From assembly GCA_027491415.1 (NCBI GenBank), contig JAOZFH010000026.1:1-64000 (forward strand): a DNA stretch of 64,000 nt, written 5' to 3'. This document shows positions 41,652-50,760 of the stretch, piece by piece (within the stretch, counting starts at the first letter, position 1; every line of letters starts with the position of its first letter). Origin of the DNA: Thermoproteota archaeon (GTDB lineage: Archaea; Korarchaeota; Korarchaeia; Korarchaeales; Korarchaeaceae). The notes beneath the pieces were generated by a model that was not told where the DNA came from, searched no databases, and saw only the letters and a list, made by a program, of their open reading frames with translations. The translations under genes were made by a program, and so were the position numbers.

Positions 41652-42451
41652 CCTTCAGACCCCCCAGCCCTCTCCCAGTACTCGATGAACTTCCTCCTCG
41701 ATACCTCCACGTACTCCAAGTCGCTGCAGTGGATCTCGAGGGTAACGGTCCCCTCGTACCCCACGCTCCTGAGGTAAGACAAGACCCTCTCCCAGGGGAC
41801 CCTCCCCGCACCGACGGGCATGTGGTCGTCACCCCTGCCGTAGTTATCGTGGGCGTGCACATGGAGTATCCTCCCTCTGGCCTTCTCAATGTAAGACCTG
41901 ACCTTCTCCACCCCTCCCAAGAAGGCGTGTCCCAAGTCAAGGGTAAATCCCATCTCCGGAAGGGCCCCTAGCAGGTAGAGAACGTCTGAGACGGAACTGA
42001 AGGCGCCGTGATCAACGTTTTCCACGTGAACCCTGACCCCGACTTCCGTTCCCCTGGCCACCAGCCTTCTCATGGCCTCCAAGTTGAGCCGCCTGGCCTC
42101 GTCCCTGTACCTAGCGAGCCAGCCGGGGGTGTAGGGGTGAACCGTCAGGAAAGGCGCGTTCAGCTCGGCGGCCAGGTCGAGTAGTCCCTCCGCGTACTTC
42201 ATCGCCCCCTCTCTGACCCCCTCGTAGGGGCTCGCTATCTCTAGGTACCAGGGGGCGTGCACGACCACATCTAAGTCCCTCGTGGAGAGGAGGCTCAGAA
42301 TGTCCCCCTCGACCTCTCGGATCCTCTCGAGGCTCGCGCCAGGCCACTCGACCGTGAGTTCCAAGTAGTCGAGATCGAGCTCGCTGAGCGTCTCAAGTTC
42401 GTCGAGCACGTCTCTCGCGGGGTTGTTCATGGCGCCGAACTTCAGCGGCAT
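41648..42451 (-). CDS. Sugar phosphate isomerase/epimerase-like TIM barrel (AP endonuclease 2 family)
   Basis: VHAP, VEN, LDLGHA, HVHAHDN..DDH, TLE. Confidence 0.85.
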   Translation of the reverse strand: MPLKFGAMNNPARDVLDELETLSELDLDYLELTVEWPGASLERIREVEGDILSLLSTRDLDVVVHAPWYLEIASPYEGVREGAMKYAEGLLDLAAELNAPFLTVHPYTPGWLARYRDEARRLNLEAMRRLVARGTEVGVRVHVENVDHGAFSSVSDVLYLLGALPEMGFTLDLGHAFLGGVEKVRSYIEKARGRILHVHAHDNYGRGDDHMPVGAGRVPWERVLSYLRSVGYEGTVTLEIHCSDLEYVEVSRRKFIEYWERAGGSEG

Positions 42452-42474
42452 TTGCCCGCTGAGCGAAGGCGCGC

Positions 42475-43743
42475 ATGATCTTAAGTAGGTTAGCGGCAGA
42501 CGGCGGTCGGGAAATGTGGAGGCTCATAGTGGACGCGGCGCTGGAGTGGCTGCCGCTGACCGCTCAGCTGTCGCAGAGATCTCAGGCCATCGCGGGGCTG
42601 CTGGCGGACCCTAGGATCATCGTCTCGAGAGATCTCATGCCCGCTGAGGCCTCGGCCCTCGCCACCTCGCTGACCATTACCCTCATCTGGATAAAGCTGG
42701 GATTCGGGGCCGACTGGATACTCGGGGGAGTGGCCGTACTAGGCATTAGCGTGATGACTGCCGCCGGCGCCCTCATGACGAGGTTGGGCCTCCTCCAGAC
42801 CTCGGAGTTCAGGGGAATAGGGGTGGCTGAGGGTGCGGTGGCCGGCATCGTCCAGGGGCTCAGCATGATGGGGTTCGGCGGCTCCGGCCTCAGCGTCGCC
42901 GCCCTGACCGCGATGGGAGTTCGGCTGAGGGAGGCGCTCGTCGTCTCCTCCGCCGCCGGGGTTCCGGTCGCGCTGGCATCCGGGGTCGGGTGGGAGTCCC
43001 TGATCCCCCTCGCCGTTTCGGCCGTTGGGATCGTGGTCGCCTCGAGGGCCCTAGAGGGAGTCAAACCCACCACCCTGTCGTTAGCAATATCCATTCCGAC
43101 CGTAGTGGCCAACGCGGGGAGCGTCAGGGTCCTCCTCGAGAGGCGCCTGTACTACGACCAGCTCACGAAGAGGGTGGCGTCGTGGGTGATGAGGTGGGGC
43201 CCGACGGGGCTCATCCTGGCCATGATCGTGCAGTCGGTGATCTCCCCCATTCCGGCAGACGCCATCCTCGTGGCCGCCGGCGCCCTCGGCATGGACGCTT
43301 GGACGGTCGGGGTGGTGGGTGGAGTAGGGTCCGCCCTCGGGGCGATGGCCAACTTCTACATCGCGAGGCTGGCGGGCAGGCCCTTCGTGGAGAGGGCCTT
43401 CAGGGGCGAGGTCCTGGACTCAGTGGACCGGTGGTTCAGGAGGTGGGGTCCGCTGGCCGTGGTGATCGCGAGGCTCATCCCCTTCAGCCCGATTGACCTC
43501 ATTTCCTACGCGGCCGGGCTCACCGGGATGAACCCGCTCCACTTCTTCGCCGCGAACCTTGTGGCCCTCATACCGAGGGCCGCGCTGTTCGGGTACATCG
43601 GCAACCTCCTCTCCAGGGGGAAGGTCTGGCCGGTCCTGCTGATATTGGCCGCCATCCTCGGAAGCGCCGCCGTATACGCATCGAAGGGCAGGATAAGGCG
43701 CCTACTCAGGGGGGAGAAGGGTAAATACTGGGCACCCCCCTGA
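42475..43743 (+). CDS. Fusion of degenerate BacA/UppP-like domain and DedA (VTT/SNARE-associated) domain
   Basis: N-terminal LEWLPL and GIVQGLS...G..GSG; C-terminal SPIPADAI, ARLIPFSPIDLISYAAG; start may be ATG 42514. Confidence 0.75.
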   Translation: MILSRLAADGGREMWRLIVDAALEWLPLTAQLSQRSQAIAGLLADPRIIVSRDLMPAEASALATSLTITLIWIKLGFGADWILGGVAVLGISVMTAAGALMTRLGLLQTSEFRGIGVAEGAVAGIVQGLSMMGFGGSGLSVAALTAMGVRLREALVVSSAAGVPVALASGVGWESLIPLAVSAVGIVVASRALEGVKPTTLSLAISIPTVVANAGSVRVLLERRLYYDQLTKRVASWVMRWGPTGLILAMIVQSVISPIPADAILVAAGALGMDAWTVGVVGGVGSALGAMANFYIARLAGRPFVERAFRGEVLDSVDRWFRRWGPLAVVIARLIPFSPIDLISYAAGLTGMNPLHFFAANLVALIPRAALFGYIGNLLSRGKVWPVLLILAAILGSAAVYASKGRIRRLLRGEKGKYWAPP

Positions 43744-43749
43744 TGAAGT

Positions 43750-43828
43750 GGGCCCGTAGCTCAGCACGGATCAGAGCGCCGGCCTTCGGAGCCGGTGGTC
43801 GCGGGTTCAAGTCCCGCCGGGCCCGCCA
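43750..43828 (+). tRNA. tRNA-Arg (TCG), CCA encoded, no intron
   Basis: Acceptor GGGCCCG/CGGGCCC, anticodon arm CCGGC-CTTCGGA-GCCGG, T loop TTCAAGT. Confidence 0.97.
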
Positions 43829-44856
43829 CCCCTAACCACCATTCTCCTCGTGAGGACCTCGAGCCTGTGCCTGTCCGGCCCCCTCAGCACGCTCCAAGAG
43901 TCCGGGGAGAGTATCACCCTGTCCTCCTCAACCCGGCCCTCCAGCCCCCACTCATCGAGCAGGCTCAGGACCTCAGACTCACGGGGGAGCTTGGAGAGGC
44001 AGTCGTTGGGACAGCCCGTGCACATGTGGTGGAGCCACTTCACATCGAAGCACGGTACTCCGTGAGCCAAGGCGCTGGCGCAGCAGGCTGAGCCCAGCGC
44101 GATCATCCCCCTCCTCCGGGCCTCCTCCATGGCGCACGCCTTGAGGTCAGCCGATGAGACGTAGACCTGCTCTCCGTCGTGAAGGGGAGCCCTCACACGG
44201 CGCTCAATCTCTGAGACGTCGACTCCGGCCTTTTTGAGCCTCTTAAGGATTTGGGGAGACACCCTGAGCGATCCAAACACGGCGCTCTCTATGCCGCTCT
44301 TCCTGGCGTAGTCCAAGATGTCCGGCAGCTCGCTCAGGGTGACGCCGGGAATTATGGGCCTCACGAAGAGAGTGGGAACGGCGCCGACTTGGGCGGCCTC
44401 GGCCGCTGAGTTCAGCCTGTCCCACGGGGGCGGAGCCGCCGGCTCCAAGAACCTGTACGATTCCCAGGCGACCACAGTCACCAAGACGTTCACGCCCGCC
44501 AGGCGGTCGTCCAGCGGGAGCTTCAGCTTTGTCGAGACTTGAAGGGGGTTGCCCAGCGCCTTCAGCGCGCTCAGGTATTCGAGCGTCCTCTCTGCAATTT
44601 TGGGAGTGAGAAACGGTTCCCCCAGACTTCCAAGGGCCAAAAAGGTCCCCCCTCGAGATTCTACGAAGTACGGGTTCCTTCTCAGTTCGAGAATGAGTCG
44701 CCCTGGAGGGAGGGGATTCGCTTGAGGCGACGGGACGATCAGCCCCATTTCCCACAGGTAGCAGTAGGCGCACCCGACGTTGCACCCCAGGGATGGGTGG
44801 ATGGTGAGTCCACAGGGCCGGGGACGCCGCCGGGGGACGGGCGGGAATTTGAGCAT
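43807..44856 (-). CDS. Radical SAM protein (SPL-like archaeal family)
   Basis: GCNVGCAYCY, GEPF, STK, RPIIPG, C-terminal Cys cluster; start taken at ATG 44856. Confidence 0.85.
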   Translation of the reverse strand: MLKFPPVPRRRPRPCGLTIHPSLGCNVGCAYCYLWEMGLIVPSPQANPLPPGRLILELRRNPYFVESRGGTFLALGSLGEPFLTPKIAERTLEYLSALKALGNPLQVSTKLKLPLDDRLAGVNVLVTVVAWESYRFLEPAAPPPWDRLNSAAEAAQVGAVPTLFVRPIIPGVTLSELPDILDYARKSGIESAVFGSLRVSPQILKRLKKAGVDVSEIERRVRAPLHDGEQVYVSSADLKACAMEEARRRGMIALGSACCASALAHGVPCFDVKWLHHMCTGCPNDCLSKLPRESEVLSLLDEWGLEGRVEEDRVILSPDSWSVLRGPDRHRLEVLTRRMVVRGGGPGGT

Positions 44857-44920
44857 ATTGAACTCGGTGGCAGGGGTGGGTGGAGAGCTTATTACAAAAA
44901 CTATCGTCAGGCGCATCGGG

Positions 44921-45310
44921 GTGAGCCGCGTGAAGTTAGAAGAGGCCAGAGAGATCCTAGAGGAGGCGAAGAAACTCCACTCAGAGGACAAGTGCGCCTC
45001 GTCCATAAGGAAGTCCCAGGAGTCTGTTAAGGTCGCGCTGAGGGGGTTCTTGAAGAGCCTGGGCATCGAGCCCACTGGAGCGCTATCCGACCACCTGAGC
45101 AGAATACCCGCCGACTACAAGGAGAGCCTTCAACGGATACTTAAGGAGGCGTGCGGGGAGTCCGTGTGGATTACCATGGCCTGCGATGCCAGGCTCGAGA
45201 AGCCGATCGCGGGTCCAGAGGAGGGTTCGTGTACGAGGCTGGACTCTGAGGCGGCCATTCGCTCGGCCGAGAAGATCATAAGCCTCCTAGAGGAAATGCT
45301 CGGATCCTAA
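44921..45310 (+). CDS. HEPN-like domain protein
   Basis: Helical pattern AREILEEA...SQESVKVALRGFL...AIRSAEKII. Confidence 0.6.
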   Translation: MSRVKLEEAREILEEAKKLHSEDKCASSIRKSQESVKVALRGFLKSLGIEPTGALSDHLSRIPADYKESLQRILKEACGESVWITMACDARLEKPIAGPEEGSCTRLDSEAAIRSAEKIISLLEEMLGS

Positions 45311-45355
45311 CCCCCCGGAGGGCGTTCAAGCGACGAAAAGCTGAATTCACTATCC

Positions 45356-45363
45356 AAAAAAAG
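45356..45363 (-). terminator. Oligo-T terminator downstream of the histone gene
   Basis: A-run on + strand (T-run on -) ~20 nt after the stop codon. Confidence 0.5.
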
Positions 45364-45383
45364 GAGAAGGGTTGGAGGCCGGC

Positions 45384-45620
45384 TCACTTCTTCCAAACGG
45401 CCTCCACAGCCAGCTCGATGTCCCTGTCGGTAACGGTCTTCCTCTTGGCGTGCCGGGCGAGGTCGGCCGCGTACTTGGCGACCTCGGACCCGAACTTCTC
45501 GAGGTAGTAGGCGAGCCTCTCCTTGGCGGCGTCGCTCACCCTCTCGGCGCCGGCCTCCTTGATTATCCGGTAGACCGGAGCCAGGGGCAGATGCTTGGCA
45601 GACCTCTGAGGCATATACAT
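45384..45620 (-). CDS. Archaeal histone (HMf family)
   Basis: LPLAPVYRIIKEAGAERVS...AKRKTVTDRDIELA. Confidence 0.95.
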   Translation of the reverse strand: MYMPQRSAKHLPLAPVYRIIKEAGAERVSDAAKERLAYYLEKFGSEVAKYAADLARHAKRKTVTDRDIELAVEAVWKK

Positions 45621-45687
45621 ACACCCCCTATATCCTGTTACACCTTGACCCCGGCGTCGCGGGGCCTGATTAGTAAGAAGGCCTTCT

Positions 45688-45695
45688 ATATTTAA
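45688..45695 (-). promoter_or_regulatory. TATA box for the histone gene
   Basis: TTAAATAT on the minus strand ~70 nt upstream of the start. Confidence 0.5.
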
Positions 45696-46220
45696 GCTCT
45701 TCGCATCAAACCTCCATAGAGGGACTTGTTCGTTGATTGCAAAATTAGGCGGGAGTCGTTGAGCCCAAGGTCTTCAAATCGAAATTGGATCCACGAGTGG
45801 GGGGTGCTCTCGGCCGAACACATTGCGATATTGTATAAGTGAATTCTGGCTAGATTAATACCCATAATTAGCCGGAATTTAAAGGCCAAAAAAACACTAA
45901 TCGGCCGTTAACTAATTGAATCTTTCAACTCCTATCTTGGCGGCTCAGGGGCGGCCCAGATCACTATTCAATGCGCGGTCGACTCATGCGAGTGAGTTGG
46001 ATGGTCACACCTAATTTCGGTGTCTTACGTTAATCGGCTAAGAGGTCCGAGGCGTGAATCTGGCCCCTCGATCGGACGGGTCCCCTTGGATATGTTTGAA
46101 GAAAATTTACCTATCTATGGAACTCTAACAAAGCTATCTCAGAGGAAGCGCCTCTATTGCACGGGATGCCTCCTTGTGTGGGCATTTCAAGAACTATTCT
46201 CCAAGGCCAGAATAGCCAGA

Positions 46221-47621
46221 TCATACCTGAACTATCCTGACGGCTTCCGTGGCCCCCTCTCTTATACCGTACGCCAACACGACAATGTCACCGAAGGAGA
46301 CCGCCCTCTCCTCCCTCAGTTTGGTGATCAGCGCCTCTAGGGCTTCCTCCCGGCTCTTTAATCGACCGAGAACGATGGGAGAGACTCCCCAGAGGACTGA
46401 GAGCTGTCTCGCGACGCGCTCGCTGCTCGAGCCAGCATGGATGTCGGTCGGTGGCCTGTACCGGGAGATCCTCGCGGCAGTCCGCCCACTTCTTGTGTAG
46501 ACCGCTATCTTGGCGCCGAGGCTCTCGGCCAAGAGCGCTATCCCCCTCGCAAATCTGTCGTATAAGCCCTCCGTGGTTCCAAAACCCTGCTGCATGGGCC
46601 GCTGTTCGAACTCCGTCCGCTCTACTATCCGCCTCATCCACCTGACGGCCTCAACTGGATACCTGCCCGCCGCGGTCTCCCCCGCAAGCATGAGTGCGTC
46701 CACCCCCTCCCTGACGGCCACCATGACGTCGACCACCTCGCTCCTAGTTGGGACCGGGCTGTACATCAGGCTCTCCAGCAGCTGTGTGGCTATGATGACA
46801 GGCCTCCCGAGGTACAGCGAAGTGTCTATGATCTCCCTCTGGAGGCGGGGGATCTCCTCTAGGGGAAAGAAGTTGCCCAAGTCCCCCCTCGCCACCATTA
46901 TGGCGTCGGACTCGGCCGCTATCTCCTCAAGTCTCTTAACACCGGCCTTAGTCTCTATCTTAGAGATCACCTTCACTTCCTCGCCGCCCTCAGTCGACAG
47001 GAAGTCCCTGAGGAGCCTCACGTCGGCACCGGAGCGGACGAAGCTCATGGCCACGTAGTCAAAGCCTTGTTCGATCGCAATCCTCGCGCAGCGGGCGTCT
47101 CGCTCCGTGAAGGTGGGTATGCCGAGCTCCTTGCCGAATATTGCCAAGCTCTTCCTGGACTTGATGACGCCGTCGACGACCGCCTGAGCCTTCACGCGAT
47201 CGACTCCCACCTCCAAGACCCTCAGTCTCACCCTCCCCTCGTCGACGAGCAGCTCATCCCCCTCCTCCACGCCGTCGAAGAACTCTTCGAGGGGGACGGG
47301 CACGTATTCTCCGTCGGACTCGCGCGCCTTCTTCAGCTCGACTATCTCGCCTCTCTTCACGTAGATCGACTTGATCAGTTCGCCCAGCCTGACCGAAGGC
47401 CCCGTCAGATCCCCTATCAGGGCTACCCAGCGTCCCAGCCTTCGCTCGGCGCTTCTAACAGCCCTAGCGTAATTCTTCCAGTCTTCCTCGCTCCCGTGCG
47501 AGAAGTTTATCCTGAAGGCGTCAGCTCCCGCTCTCATCATGGCTGCGACGGTCTCCTCACTGGCCGAGGAAGGGCCCAGCGTGGCGATGATCTTAGCCCT
47601 CTTCCTCAACCCCCTCACCAA
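46221..47621 (-). CDS. pyk: Pyruvate kinase
   Basis: KIIATLGP, RINFSHG, SKIE, MVARGDLG, ATQLLES. Confidence 0.96.
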   Translation of the reverse strand: MVRGLRKRAKIIATLGPSSASEETVAAMMRAGADAFRINFSHGSEEDWKNYARAVRSAERRLGRWVALIGDLTGPSVRLGELIKSIYVKRGEIVELKKARESDGEYVPVPLEEFFDGVEEGDELLVDEGRVRLRVLEVGVDRVKAQAVVDGVIKSRKSLAIFGKELGIPTFTERDARCARIAIEQGFDYVAMSFVRSGADVRLLRDFLSTEGGEEVKVISKIETKAGVKRLEEIAAESDAIMVARGDLGNFFPLEEIPRLQREIIDTSLYLGRPVIIATQLLESLMYSPVPTRSEVVDVMVAVREGVDALMLAGETAAGRYPVEAVRWMRRIVERTEFEQRPMQQGFGTTEGLYDRFARGIALLAESLGAKIAVYTRSGRTAARISRYRPPTDIHAGSSSERVARQLSVLWGVSPIVLGRLKSREEALEALITKLREERAVSFGDIVVLAYGIREGATEAVRIVQV

Positions 47622-48375
47622 TAGGTATCTCCTGATAGTCCCAGCCGTCTAAAACCCTCTCGAGCTCGGCTGCGAGGCTATCCAAGAGCTTAGAGTAGAA
47701 CTCCCGAGAGACCTCTTCACTTGGGACGTCAGCAGGCTGGTCCCTGTAGAGGAGGACTGAGCCGGGCGCGGGGAAGGGCTCAATGCCCTCGCGGACCCTG
47801 TACACCTCTCTGGCGGCCGGCCTGCCGGTCTTCACGAGCTCGGGATAGGCGGCCATCACCGCAGCGGCCTCAACTCCCGCCGCGTGGCCCCCGCCCATGG
47901 ACTCCCTGGCCAGGGTCTCGGCGTAGATCCACCAGTGAACGACGACCGTCCTAACCCCCAGCTCCCTCCACGCGCGCCTCGTGGCGGACTTGATGGCTGC
48001 CACGTGCTCCGACCCGCCGTGCCCGTTGATCAGAATGACGCGGTCAAAGCCGTTCTCCGCGAAGGCCCTGAGGACCTCGAACAGGAGCGACTCGAGCGTC
48101 GACTGGGATATTCCCATGGTGCCGGGGTAGGCCGAGAGGGAGCCCACCACGCCGTAGGGAATCGCGGGCGCCACGGCCGCGTTGAGCCTGGGCGCCAAGT
48201 CTTGCGCCAGCCTCTCGGGCAGCATGAAGTCTGTGCCCAGTGGAAGGTGAGGGCCGTGGGCCTCGACAACCCCCACCGGCAGTATGACCAAGTCCGTGTC
48301 GCCTAGGAGGTTCGCGAACTCCGGCCAGGACAGGCGCCAGATCCGCAGCTCCCTCTCGCCCCCCAACCCACTCAC
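47593..48375 (-). CDS. Creatininase-family amidohydrolase
   Basis: EAHGPHLPLGTD, NGHGG, GHAAGVE. Confidence 0.9.
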   Translation of the reverse strand: MSGLGGERELRIWRLSWPEFANLLGDTDLVILPVGVVEAHGPHLPLGTDFMLPERLAQDLAPRLNAAVAPAIPYGVVGSLSAYPGTMGISQSTLESLLFEVLRAFAENGFDRVILINGHGGSEHVAAIKSATRRAWRELGVRTVVVHWWIYAETLARESMGGGHAAGVEAAAVMAAYPELVKTGRPAAREVYRVREGIEPFPAPGSVLLYRDQPADVPSEEVSREFYSKLLDSLAAELERVLDGWDYQEIPIGEGVEEEG

Positions 48376-49709
48376 CTCAGGCCGACCTTCGAGAGGAACT
48401 CGTCTATGACGTCCTCCAAGTTCGGCCTGCCGATCTCCTGAAGCTCGTACCTCACGTGCACCGCGGGCTTGTCTATCCGCAGGTACCTGCTGAGGTCTGT
48501 GGGCGTCCCCAAGATGACCGTGTCGGCGTCGGCGTTGTTGATTGTCTCCTCGAGCTCCCTCATCTGGCGGTCGCTGTAGCCCACCGCTGGGAGGACTGGC
48601 CCAAGGTGGGTGTACTTCTGGTAGGTCTCCCTTATCGAGCCGACGGCGTAGGGCCTAGGGTCAACGATCTCGGCGGCGCCGAACCTCCTGGCGGCCATGT
48701 AGCCCGCGCCGTATCCCATCTCCCCGTGGGTGACCGTGGGGCCGTCCTCGACCACGAGGATCCTCTTGCCTTTGATCAGCTCCGGGGCGTCGACCGTCAG
48801 GGGCATGGCGGCCTCTATTATGGTGGCCCCCGGGTTGACCCTCATCACGTTGCCCCTCACGCACTCGATCTGGTCGGCGCTGGCCACGTTCTCCTTGCTG
48901 ATTATGACCACGTCGGCCGCCCTGACGTTGACGGAGCCCGGCCAGTAGGTGAGTTCGTGACCGGCCCTGAGTGGATCGGCGACCGTGATCCAGAGGTCTG
49001 GCACGTAGAATGGGAAGTCATTGTTGCCACCGTCCCACAGTATCACGTCGGCCTCCTTCTCGGCCTCCCTCAGGATCTTCTCGTAGTCGACTCCCGCGAA
49101 CACCACATTGCCCATCTTGATGTGGGGCTCGTAGTCTTCCCTCTCCTCGATGGTGCACTCGTGCCTGTCGAGATCCTCCAGAGAGGCGAACCTCTGAACT
49201 ATCTGCTTCCTCAGGTCGCCGTATGGCATTGGGTGCCTAATCACCGCTACCCTCAGCCCCCTCTCCTTCAGGATGGCGGCGACCCTCCTGCTGGTGGGGC
49301 TCTTGCCGGCGCCGGTCCTGACGGCCGTAACCGCTATGACGGGCTTGTTTGACTTCAGCATGGTGCTCTCGGGTCCCAGGAGCATGAAGTCGGCCCCGGC
49401 CGCCTGGGCGATGGCCGCCCTATCCATCAGGTACTGGTGGGAGACGTCGCTGTAGGCGAACACCACGAGATCGACCTTCTCCCTCCTGATTATCTCTGGG
49501 AGGTCCTCCTCCCTCAGGATCGGGATCCCGTCGGGGTAGAGGCTGCCGGCCAGCTCGGGGGGATACTTCCTACCCCAGATGTCAGGGAGCTGTGCGGCTG
49601 TGAAGGCGACAACCCTGTAATCGGGGTTGTCCCTGAAGAAGACGTTGAAGTTGTGGAAGTCCCTGCCGGCGGCTCCCATGATCACGACCCGCCGAACCCG
49701 CTCACCCAT
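48372..49709 (-). CDS. arcE: COG2403 P-loop protein, arginine synthetase (ArcE)-like
   Basis: GAAGRDFHNFN, YPPELAG, FAYSD, AVRTGAGKS, RHPMPYG, EEREDYE, DGGNND; closely resembles the Thermococcus arginine synthetase as recalled. Confidence 0.75.
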   Translation of the reverse strand: MGERVRRVVIMGAAGRDFHNFNVFFRDNPDYRVVAFTAAQLPDIWGRKYPPELAGSLYPDGIPILREEDLPEIIRREKVDLVVFAYSDVSHQYLMDRAAIAQAAGADFMLLGPESTMLKSNKPVIAVTAVRTGAGKSPTSRRVAAILKERGLRVAVIRHPMPYGDLRKQIVQRFASLEDLDRHECTIEEREDYEPHIKMGNVVFAGVDYEKILREAEKEADVILWDGGNNDFPFYVPDLWITVADPLRAGHELTYWPGSVNVRAADVVIISKENVASADQIECVRGNVMRVNPGATIIEAAMPLTVDAPELIKGKRILVVEDGPTVTHGEMGYGAGYMAARRFGAAEIVDPRPYAVGSIRETYQKYTHLGPVLPAVGYSDRQMRELEETINNADADTVILGTPTDLSRYLRIDKPAVHVRYELQEIGRPNLEDVIDEFLSKVGLR

Positions 49710-49779
49710 AGCAGGACACCGGAGCGGCGGCCCGCCAAAGTGCTCAAAATCTTTAGCTGCTGCCGAGTACGGTGAGTTC

Positions 49780-50760
49780 GTGAGGGGACTCAGCGAGGTC
49801 GAGGTTATCTCCAGGCTGGCTTCAATCAGCCGGGCCGCGAGAGGGGGCCTCCTTCCCATTGGCGTGGACGACGCCACGGCCCTCCAACTTGAGGGAACCT
49901 ACGTGGTGAACATCGACACAGTGACCGAGAGCGCCGACCTTCTCCCGGGCATGGGGCTGCGCAGACTTGCGAGGAAGGTCGTCGTCCAGACCTTCTCCGA
50001 CGTGGCCGCCAAGGGTGCCACGCCCCAGCACTTCTTCCTGTCTATGTGTATCCCCAGCTCCTTCGGGAGGGCTGAACTTGACGAGGTGGCGCGGGGAATT
50101 GAGTGGGGACTGGAGGAGGTGGATGCCCAGCTCATGGGAGGGGACGTTGACTCCTCCGGCGAGCTTGTCCTGACGGGCGTCGGCGTGGGCAGGTCCGCGG
50201 GCCGAGTAGTACCCAGAGGGGGGGCGAGGCCGGGCGACATGATCGCGGTCACCGGAACATTTGGGTGGACCTGGCTCGGGTACAGGATCGCCCTCGGCCA
50301 AATAGACGCCCCAGATCGGATTAGAGAGAGGGCACTGGCGGCCGTCTACGAGCCGCGGGCCTCGATCGAGCAGGGCAAGATCTTGGGGTCTCTTGAGGGC
50401 GTCAGGGCCTCGGCCGACAGCAGCGACGGCCTGTTCAAGACCCTGTACTCGATCGCCAAGGCGAGCGGCGTCAGGATCGTGGTCGTCGAACTACCCGTGG
50501 ACCCGGAGCTGGAGGACTTCATGTCGTCGGAGGGGGTCGACCCAGTGGACGCCGTATTCTACGGTGGGGAGGAGTTCCACCTGGCCGTGTCCGTCGACCC
50601 GGCCGAGTTCAGAACGGCGAGGCAGCGACTTCGCTCCAGGGGATACGAGCTGATTGAGATAGGGAGGGTCGAGGCGGGGGAGGGGGTCTACCTCGAGCTG
50701 GAAGGCGAGGCCGTCCCCCTGAGGGAAGGGGGATGGGACTCCGTCGCGGGGCGCCTATAG
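49780..50760 (+). CDS. thiL: Thiamine-monophosphate kinase
   Basis: DDA, SDVAAKGA, GGD, DSSDGL, GGEEFHL. Confidence 0.88.
   Translation: MRGLSEVEVISRLASISRAARGGLLPIGVDDATALQLEGTYVVNIDTVTESADLLPGMGLRRLARKVVVQTFSDVAAKGATPQHFFLSMCIPSSFGRAELDEVARGIEWGLEEVDAQLMGGDVDSSGELVLTGVGVGRSAGRVVPRGGARPGDMIAVTGTFGWTWLGYRIALGQIDAPDRIRERALAAVYEPRASIEQGKILGSLEGVRASADSSDGLFKTLYSIAKASGVRIVVVELPVDPELEDFMSSEGVDPVDAVFYGGEEFHLAVSVDPAEFRTARQRLRSRGYELIEIGRVEAGEGVYLELEGEAVPLREGGWDSVAGRL

Noticed and set aside
46020-46340. Short ORFs in the AT-rich gap (also 45692..45889)
   Set aside because: Atypical codon usage, no motifs, and one overlaps pyk antisense
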